NCBI GenBank assembly: GCA_042569595.1
Contig: JBHPHI010000003.1
Span: forward strand, 1-58,403
DNA from: Patescibacteria group bacterium
GTDB lineage: Bacteria; Patescibacteriota; Microgenomatia; UBA1400; 2-01-FULL-45-11
Length of the DNA: 58,403 nt
Direction: 5' to 3'
The notes under the pieces are model-generated. The model made no database searches. It had not been told where the DNA came from and was given only the letters and a program-made list of their open reading frames with translations. Below, one piece after another: positions 18,667 to 27,624 of this stretch; the stretch's first letter is position 1, and each line of letters begins with the position of its first letter. The position numbers and the translations under genes are program-made.

Positions 18667-18981
18667 ATGCCAGTAACGAAATCTGCAGCAAAATCTATGC
18701 GTCGAGATAGACGCAGGCAAACTGTAAACTATAGAGTGAGGGAGAAAATAAAGAGAGTTGTTGATGTGGTTCGAAAAGGTTCTGATGATGCTTCTGATTT
18801 ATCTAAGGCTTTTTCTGTTCTTGATGCTGCATCAAAAAAAGGTGTAGTTCATGCAAATAAAGCCTCTAGACTAAAGTCGCGACTAAATGCGCTAGTTAAA
18901 TCTCGCACAGAAAAAGTTTCAACAAAAAAATCTACCACTAAAAAGAAGCCCTCAACATCTTCTAAAAAAACTTCAAAATAG
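18667..18981 (+). CDS. rpsT: 30S ribosomal protein S20 with Lys-rich C-terminal tail
   Basis: MPVTKSAAKSMR...LDAASKKGVVHANKASRLKSRL. Start moved from the track's 18532 to the ATG at 18667. Confidence 0.95.
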   Translation: MPVTKSAAKSMRRDRRRQTVNYRVREKIKRVVDVVRKGSDDASDLSKAFSVLDAASKKGVVHANKASRLKSRLNALVKSRTEKVSTKKSTTKKKPSTSSKKTSK

Positions 18982-19063
18982 TTAATTCTTGCTTGTTACC
19001 TCATGTGAGCTGATCTATACTGTTTTTGTGCACCTTGTGGTGTGTTGTTTGTGTGGAGATATT

Positions 19064-19621
19064 ATGCCTGCCAAGAAAAAATATACTTCTGTAAATCTTT
19101 TATCTAAAGATGCTTTTTCGGAGAGTTTTGTTGGAAAAGCTTTGATGTGGGCTTTGTCTATTGGGAGATATATTGTGGTGCTAACTGAATTAGTGGTTAT
19201 TCTCTCGTTTCTTTCAAGATTTAAGCTTGATCGTGATTTAACTGATTTGAACTCAAGAATAAATCAACAACTTTTGGTTATTGAGTCATATGGAGACTTG
19301 GAACCAAAATTCAGAGCCTTGCAAAATAAACTTGCTTTTGTAAGAAAAACTTCTGAGGATGTTGATGTTGAAAATGTTATGGATCAATTGATTGGATTTC
19401 TTCCTCCTGATGTTCGATTATCAGAAATCTCAATAAGGCAAGACCGAGTTGTTTTGTCGGCAGTTTCTTTAAATTCAAGAGGTTTTGCTGATTATATAAA
19501 TAGCATTAGATCTAACCCTCAATTTAAGAATATAGATTTAAATAATATTACGTCAGATGAGGGCTCTGATGTTGGGGTGATGTTTGACATATCAATTGAT
19601 TTGAGTGGTGGAAAAAGATAA
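19064..19621 (+). CDS. pilN: Type IV pilus assembly PilN-domain protein
   Basis: VNLL motif, single TM, coiled coil, then LPPDVRLSEISI...VLSAVS...F...I.SNPQFKNIDL. Confidence 0.8.
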   Translation: MPAKKKYTSVNLLSKDAFSESFVGKALMWALSIGRYIVVLTELVVILSFLSRFKLDRDLTDLNSRINQQLLVIESYGDLEPKFRALQNKLAFVRKTSEDVDVENVMDQLIGFLPPDVRLSEISIRQDRVVLSAVSLNSRGFADYINSIRSNPQFKNIDLNNITSDEGSDVGVMFDISIDLSGGKR

Positions 19622-20271
19622 TGGAATCAGGATTAAAATACAAAACCCAATCAAGTTCTTTTACTCGTAATTTTCAAAAACTAAGAAACCAACCAGTAAC
19701 ACAGGTTTCTTCTGCCTTAATTCTTACAATATTTACTGTGATATTTTTTGCAGCATTTGCGATTCGGCCAACATTATCAACCATTACACAACTGATTAAA
19801 AAAATTGACGATCAGCGTGAGGTTTCTGAAAAACTTGATAAGAAAGCTACTGCTTTAGCAACTGCTCAATCAGAATATTTGTTAGTAGAAGATAGGTTGC
19901 CAATGATAGGTTCGGCTATTCCAGAATTAAGTAATTTGGATTTGCTTTTGAAACAAATTGAGGGTGTGGCTTCAGTGCTAGGAGTTCCAATTGAAAGCAT
20001 TAGGGTGGATGAGGTTTATTTTCCCGAACACTTGTCTAAGTCTGCAGATGACTTAGTATCTCTTCCTATCACTATAAATGTTTCCTCTGAATACCAAAAT
20101 CTAAGAGAGTTTTTGAGTCTTGCAACATCGATGCAGAGAGTATTGAGCGCTGAATCTGTCTCTTTGTCTTTGAGTGAGTCTGGTGGGGAAGAATCTGAAA
20201 TAAGAATGAATTTACAAATGAAAGCTTATTACCTACCACTGGAGGACACTTCTGATGCGGCTGATAATTAA
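19621..20271 (+). CDS. pilO: Type IV pilus assembly PilO-like protein
   Basis: TM segment, coiled coil, AIPE...LLKQIE, ITINVSSEYQNLREFL; directly follows pilN. Confidence 0.75.
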   Translation: MESGLKYKTQSSSFTRNFQKLRNQPVTQVSSALILTIFTVIFFAAFAIRPTLSTITQLIKKIDDQREVSEKLDKKATALATAQSEYLLVEDRLPMIGSAIPELSNLDLLLKQIEGVASVLGVPIESIRVDEVYFPEHLSKSADDLVSLPITINVSSEYQNLREFLSLATSMQRVLSAESVSLSLSESGGEESEIRMNLQMKAYYLPLEDTSDAADN

Positions 20272-20617
20272 AAATGTAAGTAAGTGGAAGGCAAGATTTG
20301 ATTTGATGCGTTTTGGTGTTTTGACATTGGTGGTGGTTTTATTTTGGGTAGGCATTGAGTTGTATAAAACATATTCAGAGACCACTATTCCTGAGGATTA
20401 TAGTATTCAAATTGAACCACTCAATCCTTCTTTGGATCTTGAGATGGTTGATTTGCTTTCTACTAGAGTGGAGTTGCCTGAGGAGTTTGAAGTGGTGGTT
20501 GACCAAGATGTTCAGTCTGATGTTTTAATACCCCTAGAATCTTCTCCTCCCTCTACTCCTTCATCGACTCAACCCCCAGCCCCCACAGCAACTTTAAGTG
20601 GTCAGGTAGAAAATTAA
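20255..20617 (+). CDS. Single-TM protein, possible pilus accessory
   Basis: TM segment then IEPLNPSLDLE and a Pro/Ser/Thr tail; overlaps the end of pilO. Confidence 0.65.
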   Translation: MRLIIKNVSKWKARFDLMRFGVLTLVVVLFWVGIELYKTYSETTIPEDYSIQIEPLNPSLDLEMVDLLSTRVELPEEFEVVVDQDVQSDVLIPLESSPPSTPSSTQPPAPTATLSGQVEN

Positions 20618-20710
20618 TGTTAGTCGCTATTTTTCTAATTGTTCTTACATTATTAAGTTGTTACCATTATGTTGACACACTCTGTGTGTCTGGTTTGTCG
20701 TGATGAATAT

Positions 20711-22075
20711 ATGAAAAAAAAGGGCCTAAAGAAAAAACTACCAGCTTTGTTGGGAATTCTACTGTTAGTTATTGGCTCTGGAGTGGGTATATTTTTAGTA
20801 AAAAGAGACACCGGCTTTATTCCTAGGGCCGCACCAGAATTTGCGCCAAAAGATTTAACTGTAACAAATATTAATGAAAATTCTTTTAGTATTTCTTGGG
20901 TTACTGATCAAAAAACAGTTGGTTTTTTGAGATATGGAAATAGTTCAAACTCCATAAAAACTCTTGAAAATGATGACCGCGACCAACTCACTGGAGGTAC
21001 TGGCACATACTACACTCATCATGTAACTATTCGAGATTTGGAGCCTCAGACTAAATATTACTTTAAGGTTGCTTCCGGAGGCGAAGGACAACTTTATGAT
21101 GATAACGGTCAACCATACGAGGTGGAAACTGCCCCAGTGCTTGGAACTCCCCCTCCTGCAGATACTGCTTATGGTGAAGTATTGACGGCTGCCTCTACTC
21201 CAGCTGAGGGTGCCATTGTATATGTTAGTCTTCCTGATGCAGGCAGGCTCTCTACCCTAGTAAGTGATGGTGGACAGTGGGCGCTGTCTATCTCTACAGC
21301 AAGGACTTCTAGTATGAGATCGTATGTTGAGTACGATAAAGAAAATACGTTGATGGATATATTAATCAAGTCCTCTCCGCTTGAAACCTCAAAAGTGGTG
21401 GTTTCAACTGGAAGTGACCAGCCAGTTCCTTCGGTGACGATTAGTCAAGATTATGATTTTTCTGAACAACAACAAATTGCTGCACCTGAAACTGAAGAAG
21501 AAAAAGAAGTTCTTGATAAATCTGCAACTGAGAGTGCAAAAGCTGTGACGAAAAGTGGCTTTAACCTTTCTCCTATTGGTGATGTAGTTGAGGCTACAGA
21601 AGAATTAACTATTTTAAATCCAAGTGATGATTTTGAAGCGGTTGATACGACTTTACCAGAGTTTTTAGGAACTGCTCCAGCTGGCACTCAGCTGATTATT
21701 GAGGTTAATTCTGAAAACGAAATTACCGATACTGTGGTGGTAGATGAATCAAACTATTGGTCATGGAGCCCTCCAGAAAACCTGGAGCCTGGAGAGCATG
21801 ATATAACAGTAAGTTTTACTGATGAAAATGGAATACTCCAGTCTATAAAAAGGTCTTTTACTGTCTATGCACAAGGGACAAATCCTGCATTTACCGCAAC
21901 TCCCTCAGCAACTCCCATACCAACACCCACCCCAACTCCCGCTCCAAGGGTTTCTCAGCCCGCTACTGGTTCTGGGGTGCCAGAATCAGGATCTGTTGAG
22001 GTTACTTTCGCGTTGTTGATTTTGGGATTGATATTAATTGGTGGTGGTATAGTTTGGGAAAAAAAAGTTGTTTAA
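20711..22075 (+). CDS. Surface protein: N-terminal anchor, Fn3, Ig-like domains, PT linker and LPxTG-like tail
   Basis: FSISWVTD...THHVTIRDLEPQTKYYF (Fn3); PEFLGTAPAG...W.W...LEPGEHDITV (Ig-like); ends VPESGS, hydrophobic stretch, EKKVV. Confidence 0.85.
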   Translation: MKKKGLKKKLPALLGILLLVIGSGVGIFLVKRDTGFIPRAAPEFAPKDLTVTNINENSFSISWVTDQKTVGFLRYGNSSNSIKTLENDDRDQLTGGTGTYYTHHVTIRDLEPQTKYYFKVASGGEGQLYDDNGQPYEVETAPVLGTPPPADTAYGEVLTAASTPAEGAIVYVSLPDAGRLSTLVSDGGQWALSISTARTSSMRSYVEYDKENTLMDILIKSSPLETSKVVVSTGSDQPVPSVTISQDYDFSEQQQIAAPETEEEKEVLDKSATESAKAVTKSGFNLSPIGDVVEATEELTILNPSDDFEAVDTTLPEFLGTAPAGTQLIIEVNSENEITDTVVVDESNYWSWSPPENLEPGEHDITVSFTDENGILQSIKRSFTVYAQGTNPAFTATPSATPIPTPTPTPAPRVSQPATGSGVPESGSVEVTFALLILGLILIGGGIVWEKKVV

Positions 22076-22160
22076 TAATATTTCCTTAGTTGACCAATTA
22101 GCCTTGAAATGTCTATCATGTATGTAGCCACAAAACGGTGGTGTTTTGTGTGATAAAAAA

Positions 22161-23714
22161 ATGAACGATAACAATAATCCAAAAAATACCCAAGACAACG
22201 CACCCCCTTCCTTTGGAGATGTAAAGGTTCCATCACCTCCTGCGCCTGTAAAAACCCCCCTTCCCCCAACCCCAGCATTTGGAGCTCCAGTTAATATTGA
22301 TAAAAATACAGAAGAAAAACCTGAAGTGAAAGACTCCCTTCCTACTGGGGATGAGGTAAAAAATAAAGAAGAGGAAAGTAAAGATCCTGTTATTGCTCCT
22401 CTACCAATAATCCCAAAAAAAAATGATGAGAAAAATATTGACAAAAAAACCAAAGAAGAAATTTCTCCTCCAAAAAAAGAGGATATGCCTGTAGAGTCAA
22501 AGTTTCCAGGACAACCAATTCCTAAATCTGACCAAGAAAAGTTAGAAAAAAAAGCAGAAACAGTAATTGCTGATGGAGGAAAACCCAAAAATAAAACTGC
22601 TCAAAAGAAAACTGTAAAAGTTTTACTTGGAGCTTTGGCTTTGTTGTTGGTGGGATCTGGTGTTTTTGTGGGAAACAGCTTAGTTCAACAAGATACAGAC
22701 AATAGAAGCCAGGCTTCGGATGATCATCATCAAGGATCATACTACGAAGGTTGTGATTCTGGGTGGTATGCCTGCAACACCGGATGCTGTGGTGTGGGCG
22801 GGACTGAAAATGAAGGTAATAGATATTCTCCATTATGTGGGTCTCCAGATGACGAAGATTGCACATGGAACTCAAACACCACTTTGGATGAGCTTCGAGA
22901 AGACCCTGATTTGTGGCAAGACATACTAGATGAGATGCAAAATAATGGCCTTGGAATAAATGACAATAATGGGATCGTTACTGTTATTCGAACTGATGTT
23001 CAGGACCAAATTGATTCTAATGAATATTTGCAGGCGGGACTTGATAGTGGTCTTTGTAGAGTAATAGCAGGTGGGTGGGTATTCTGCGGAAATGATGGTG
23101 GATATACCGATCCTTGTGCTCCAATTATTGGAGGTGGCGGTGACTGGTGTCAGGTTTTAGGCGGTGAAGGAGCTTTGTGTAGTGATATTGGGGCGGTTCG
23201 CTGTCACTGTAATAATGGGCAATGGGTAATCGGCTATGCAGATGGTTGTGATGACTTGTGCGGTGGAACAAATAATATTTGTGAGTCGTGCCCCCCTGAG
23301 GAACCACCTGAAGAGCCGCCTGTTAATCCAGGAAGTCACCTAGAATGTGTAGACTATGCCTGCATGAACGTTGCAGGAGATGAAGCTGATTCTTGTGATG
23401 ATGATTTGGATTGTATTCCAGACTCAACATTAACGTGCAACTCCCTACAGTCCACCCCAAATTTACCAGAGATCGGTGACTCTGTTCGTTTTGCTTGTTC
23501 AGGGAGCTCTTCTCCAGATCCTATAGATCACTATAATTTTGAATATTCTATTAACAACTCTCCCCTCCAGGCCCTAGCAGAAGATGGAAAAGGTTCCGGA
23601 AACTCGGTGCCCCTATTAATAGATAGTCCAGGAGATTATGTAGTTGCATGTCAAGCATGTAGGAGCAGCGATGAAAGTGATTGCACTAACTGGCAATCAG
23701 CTCATGTCCAATGA
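22161..23714 (+). CDS. Type II membrane protein with Pro/Lys/Glu-rich cytoplasmic N-terminus and Cys/Gly/Asp-rich outer domain
   Basis: About 150 aa of low complexity, TM VLLGALALLLVGSGVFVG, then many Cys, an HLEC module and a C-terminal beta domain. Confidence 0.85.
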   Translation: MNDNNNPKNTQDNAPPSFGDVKVPSPPAPVKTPLPPTPAFGAPVNIDKNTEEKPEVKDSLPTGDEVKNKEEESKDPVIAPLPIIPKKNDEKNIDKKTKEEISPPKKEDMPVESKFPGQPIPKSDQEKLEKKAETVIADGGKPKNKTAQKKTVKVLLGALALLLVGSGVFVGNSLVQQDTDNRSQASDDHHQGSYYEGCDSGWYACNTGCCGVGGTENEGNRYSPLCGSPDDEDCTWNSNTTLDELREDPDLWQDILDEMQNNGLGINDNNGIVTVIRTDVQDQIDSNEYLQAGLDSGLCRVIAGGWVFCGNDGGYTDPCAPIIGGGGDWCQVLGGEGALCSDIGAVRCHCNNGQWVIGYADGCDDLCGGTNNICESCPPEEPPEEPPVNPGSHLECVDYACMNVAGDEADSCDDDLDCIPDSTLTCNSLQSTPNLPEIGDSVRFACSGSSSPDPIDHYNFEYSINNSPLQALAEDGKGSGNSVPLLIDSPGDYVVACQACRSSDESDCTNWQSAHVQ

Positions 23715-24754
23715 AAAATAAAAAAAATAAAAAAACACTTGTATTAATAATTGTCTCCGTCGTAACAGTTTTGTTGGGTGTAATTGCTGTAGTAACCTCA
23801 CTGAGACTAAGAAAGATGGCTGAGGTGCCAGTGGCCCCAAGTGCTCCAACTAGCAAGCCTAGCGCATCAACAGCTACTGGGGCTTGCTTGACCAGCTTTT
23901 CTGTTTCCTATCCAGTTTGTGGGGAGCAGTGTGAGTTAGGATCTGGTTGTGGCGGTGGATACGAGTGTGATGTTTTGGATGGTGAATCGTATGGAACATG
24001 CATAAGTAATGAATGCCCTGCTGATGAGCAAGATGATCAGTGTCTGTGTCAAGAAGAACCTCCTCCTGTTTGTGGAGAAGTCTGCTCTGATACCGTTGCT
24101 TGTGGCGCTGGCCTTGCTTGTGACATTGCAACTGGAGAAATAGAAGGGGTTTGTATAAGCAATTCTTGTCCAGCAGACGAACAAGATGATGAGTGTGTTT
24201 GTGAAAATCCACCAGCTGTTTGTAATGAAGTTTGTTCTGATACCGTTGCTTGTGACGCTGGCCTTGCTTGTGACATTGCAACTGGAGAAATAGAAGGGGT
24301 TTGTATAAGCAATTCTTGTCCAGCAGACGAACAAGATGATGAGTGTGGATGTATAGATCCCACACCAACTCCAACCCCTACTCCCACACCAACTCCATCT
24401 CCTACTCCTCCCCCTGAAGAAACTCATCTTGAGTGCGTAGATGATGCTTGCGTGTCTGTTAATGGAGAAGGTCCAAACCTATGTGAAGATGATGCGGATT
24501 GCCTGAGAACATCTCACCTTGAATGTGTGGGTGTTTCCTGCCAATCAATAACAGGTCCTGGAGCAAATCTATGTGAAGATGACAGTGACTGTACTACTCC
24601 AATAGGCTCTGCCCCTACCGTCACGCCAACTCCTGTTCCAGAAATTCCTGAACAAAGCTTGCCTGAGGCTGGATCAATTATTCCAACTAGCGTTCTTCTA
24701 ACCCTGGGTGGCGCACTACTAATGTTTGGAGCAATGAGCTTGCTTATTCTTTAG
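23711..24754 (+). CDS. Cys-rich repeat surface protein with LPxTG-like tail
   Basis: N-terminal TM, three 50-51-aa six-Cys repeats, PT linker, two HLEC modules; ends LPEAGS plus a hydrophobic stretch. Confidence 0.9.
   Translation: MKNKKNKKTLVLIIVSVVTVLLGVIAVVTSLRLRKMAEVPVAPSAPTSKPSASTATGACLTSFSVSYPVCGEQCELGSGCGGGYECDVLDGESYGTCISNECPADEQDDQCLCQEEPPPVCGEVCSDTVACGAGLACDIATGEIEGVCISNSCPADEQDDECVCENPPAVCNEVCSDTVACDAGLACDIATGEIEGVCISNSCPADEQDDECGCIDPTPTPTPTPTPTPSPTPPPEETHLECVDDACVSVNGEGPNLCEDDADCLRTSHLECVGVSCQSITGPGANLCEDDSDCTTPIGSAPTVTPTPVPEIPEQSLPEAGSIIPTSVLLTLGGALLMFGAMSLLIL
23912..24360 (+). repeat. Three tandem coding repeats (153 and 150 nt period)
   Basis: 24086-24197 and 24236-24347 differ at one base (ggc vs gac). 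The copy from 23912 is diverged. Confidence 0.95.
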
Positions 24755-24760
24755 TTTTGT

Positions 24761-26023
24761 TTATTTCCAAGAAGATAGTAGGAACACAATGTCTTTGTAT
24801 TTTGGATTCATTGGAATCCCAGTCCATAATGGAAAAAGTAAAATAAATGAAATAAGCGAGAGACCTAGGATTGTTTTTCGTAAATTTGAAGGCGTGTTTT
24901 TATCCGTTAAATACTTTGCTATAAGAATGACTAAAAACGGAATTGCGGGAGCATAGTGATAGTAAAACATTATTCTCGGAGAAAACACCCAGGGAGCCCA
25001 AACGATAAAATACCCAAAGAGCGCAATAAGAGCCTCTGGTTTCTTTTTTCTTTGTTTTAATATTTGAACAAATTGAAGTGCTATGGCTACTAATCCAAAC
25101 CATGAAACCACTGGGTTGGAGAGAGCATAAATATTGCCAATTTTTTGTGGAATGCTGTAGTCAACGTGATACCAGACACCTTTCAGTAAGAGTGGCCACT
25201 CCCAAGCTTTTGATTGATAAGGGTGAGTTGCATCTAGGTTAAATTCATACAAAATAATTTGATTGTGAAGTTCTATGTATTCTTTTATAGTATGACCCTG
25301 CAAGAAGAATTGGGTGAAGGAGAGAAGATAAATAACAATTGGAGCAAGCACATAAGCTAAAAAAAGCTTAGGAACTCTCTCGGACCATTTTTTAAATTTT
25401 CTCCTTGCTAAAATTATTCCTTCAGAAAAACCTATGATTGCTAAAATGAAAATTCCTGACCATTTTGTGCTCATGCTTAATCCAACAAAAAGACTGGATA
25501 AAATGAGGTTTGTGTTTTTATTTGAGTTTTTCCATTTCAAGTAATATAAAAGTGAAGCAAGCATAAAGGCGATTACAAATATATCATTCATGGCTATTCG
25601 CGACTGAACAAGAAGAAGACCGTCCAGACAAGCTAAAAGCGATGCTATTAAGGATAGTTTTGGTTTTTTAAATAACTCTTGAGCTAGTAAATAAATAAGG
25701 TAAACAACTATTGTTCCAAATATTGCACTTGGTAACCTCCAAGCAAAAGAGTTTTTTCCAAAAATATTAATACTTGTAGCCATGATAAGCTTTGAAATCG
25801 GCGGATGAAGCCACTCATACGCTGTCCCCTCTTCTTCTGAGGTATTCCACCACTCATACCCCCTTGGATCGTTGTCTGCATAGGCTTTGGCTGTAAATGC
25901 GTGATAAACCTCATCGAAATAATACGTTTTTGGGGTTGAAATTCGATAAATTCGAGTGAGGAAAGTGATGAATAAGATTAATACTAAAAGTGCTTTTGGG
26001 GATATTTTAAGTTTTTTTATCAT
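24761..26023 (-). CDS. Protein O-mannosyltransferase-like GT-C enzyme (PMT/GT39)
   Basis: YFDEVYH, EWLHPPISK, AWRLPSAIFG, SRIAMND and HPYQSKAWEWPL. Confidence 0.9.
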   Translation of the reverse strand: MIKKLKISPKALLVLILFITFLTRIYRISTPKTYYFDEVYHAFTAKAYADNDPRGYEWWNTSEEEGTAYEWLHPPISKLIMATSINIFGKNSFAWRLPSAIFGTIVVYLIYLLAQELFKKPKLSLIASLLACLDGLLLVQSRIAMNDIFVIAFMLASLLYYLKWKNSNKNTNLILSSLFVGLSMSTKWSGIFILAIIGFSEGIILARRKFKKWSERVPKLFLAYVLAPIVIYLLSFTQFFLQGHTIKEYIELHNQIILYEFNLDATHPYQSKAWEWPLLLKGVWYHVDYSIPQKIGNIYALSNPVVSWFGLVAIALQFVQILKQRKKKPEALIALFGYFIVWAPWVFSPRIMFYYHYAPAIPFLVILIAKYLTDKNTPSNLRKTILGLSLISFILLFPLWTGIPMNPKYKDIVFLLSSWK

Positions 26024-26049
26024 ACGAAGAGTGTATTACAATCAAATAA

Positions 26050-27624
26050 ATGCGTAAACGAGAAATGTTCGAAACAAAATTTGATTTATTCAAAATTTAT
26101 TTAACTCTGTGGGGGGCTTATTTTTTGCGAGTGTGGTCAATTGCTCTTTTGCCAACCAAGGAGGGAATGCGGGCTGGCTGGTTATCTTCTTGGGCTGATG
26201 GGGCTGCTCATCTTTCGTATATGAGCTCTTTTGCTTATAGGAGCTCTTTCCCAAAGCAAAATATTATTTTTTTGGGAAAAGATTTTAGTTATCCGTTTGT
26301 AGCTGACATGCTAGGTGGAATGTTAATGAGGTTGGGAGTGCCTTTTTGGATTTCATATAACTTACTTGGTTTTGTGTTTAGTATGTTTTTAGTGGTGATG
26401 GTTTGGAAATTGTTTGATTACTTGTTTAAAAATAGTTTGGTGAGTTTTATTTCAAGTGCAATATTTTTTCTAGGCGCTGGCTTGGAAAACCTGGGAAAGT
26501 TTTTCTTTTCTGAAGATAAATCCTTTTGGAATACTTACGACTGGGTCGATATCATTAGCGCTCAAATAATGCCGCAAAGAGCGTTAATACTAGGAATGCC
26601 TTTGGCAATATTTGTTTTGCTTTATATTTTGAAAGTTGTGAAGGGTAAAAATGTAAATAAATTTTCTTTGTTTTTGCTAGGAACGTTGACTGGATTGATG
26701 CCAATTATTCATCCTCATAGTTTGTTGATTTTATTCATTTTGATTTTTTGGGTCTTTATCGTAGATGTTTTTAAAAGAAAAAAGATTCGTGCTTTTTGGT
26801 GGTGGTTTGGAGCACCTGCTGTATTGATTGGGAGTTGGTTTTTATTTAAGCAAACCAGCACTTTTGATGGTTCATTTGTAAAATATTTACCAGGCTGGTT
26901 GGCTGCGAGCAAGAACGAGAATTTGTTTTGGTTTTGGATAAAAAGTTGGGGAGTTTGGCCTATTGTAGTGTTGTTGGGATGGATTAAGCTACAAAGACAA
27001 AAAAAGTTTTTGTTCTTTCCTTTAATTTTAATGTTTGTTTTTTTGAATTTTTACACTCTGCAGCCCTATGATTGGGATAATACAAAAATATTTATTTGGA
27101 TATATTTATTTTTCTCTGGAGTTGCTGGTAGTTTTGTTTCCAGCTTGATTAATAAAAGAAAATTTTTTGGTGGTTTGTTATTATTTTTAATGATTTTTTC
27201 TGGATCAATAGACGCTTTTCGATTAGTTTTTCCTCAGAATAATCCCAAGCTTGTCCCTTTTACAAATGAAGAGTTGTTGTTGGCAAAATCAATTAGAAAT
27301 GAAACAGACCCTAACTCTATCTTTTTAACGTCTGATTATCATTTATCTATTATTCCAACACTTACAGGAAGACAGATTTTAATGGGCTATAGGGGTTGGT
27401 TGTGGACCTATGGGATTGATTATGGAAATAGAGAAAAAGAAGTTGAAGTAATGTATGGCGGTGGAGATGGGGGTGAGTATTTGTTGGAAAAATATGGAGT
27501 TGATTACGTGGTGTTTGACAACACTTTATTTTGGGGGTCAATGAATGTTGATGAAGATTATTTTAGAAATAATTATTCCCTAGATTTTGAGTCGAGTGGA
27601 TATAGAGTATATAAAATTAACTAA
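26050..27624 (+). CDS. Multi-TM GT-C-type glycosyltransferase-like protein
   Basis: WADGAAHLSY, FSYPFVADML, PQRALILG, many TM segments and a C-terminal periplasmic domain. Confidence 0.6.
   Translation: MRKREMFETKFDLFKIYLTLWGAYFLRVWSIALLPTKEGMRAGWLSSWADGAAHLSYMSSFAYRSSFPKQNIIFLGKDFSYPFVADMLGGMLMRLGVPFWISYNLLGFVFSMFLVVMVWKLFDYLFKNSLVSFISSAIFFLGAGLENLGKFFFSEDKSFWNTYDWVDIISAQIMPQRALILGMPLAIFVLLYILKVVKGKNVNKFSLFLLGTLTGLMPIIHPHSLLILFILIFWVFIVDVFKRKKIRAFWWWFGAPAVLIGSWFLFKQTSTFDGSFVKYLPGWLAASKNENLFWFWIKSWGVWPIVVLLGWIKLQRQKKFLFFPLILMFVFLNFYTLQPYDWDNTKIFIWIYLFFSGVAGSFVSSLINKRKFFGGLLLFLMIFSGSIDAFRLVFPQNNPKLVPFTNEELLLAKSIRNETDPNSIFLTSDYHLSIIPTLTGRQILMGYRGWLWTYGIDYGNREKEVEVMYGGGDGGEYLLEKYGVDYVVFDNTLFWGSMNVDEDYFRNNYSLDFESSGYRVYKIN

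Noticed and set aside
22129-22150. CACAAAAC/GTTTTGTG hairpin before the 22161 gene
   Set aside because: A real 8-bp inverted repeat, but isolated, with no U tract or second copy, so no function can be supported.
23912-24360. Repeats as a possible CRISPR array
   Set aside because: They are in-frame 150-nt coding repeats with no unique spacers and no cas genes.
22034-24427. Antisense ORFs over the surface-protein genes
   Set aside because: By-products of low-complexity and repeated coding sequence.
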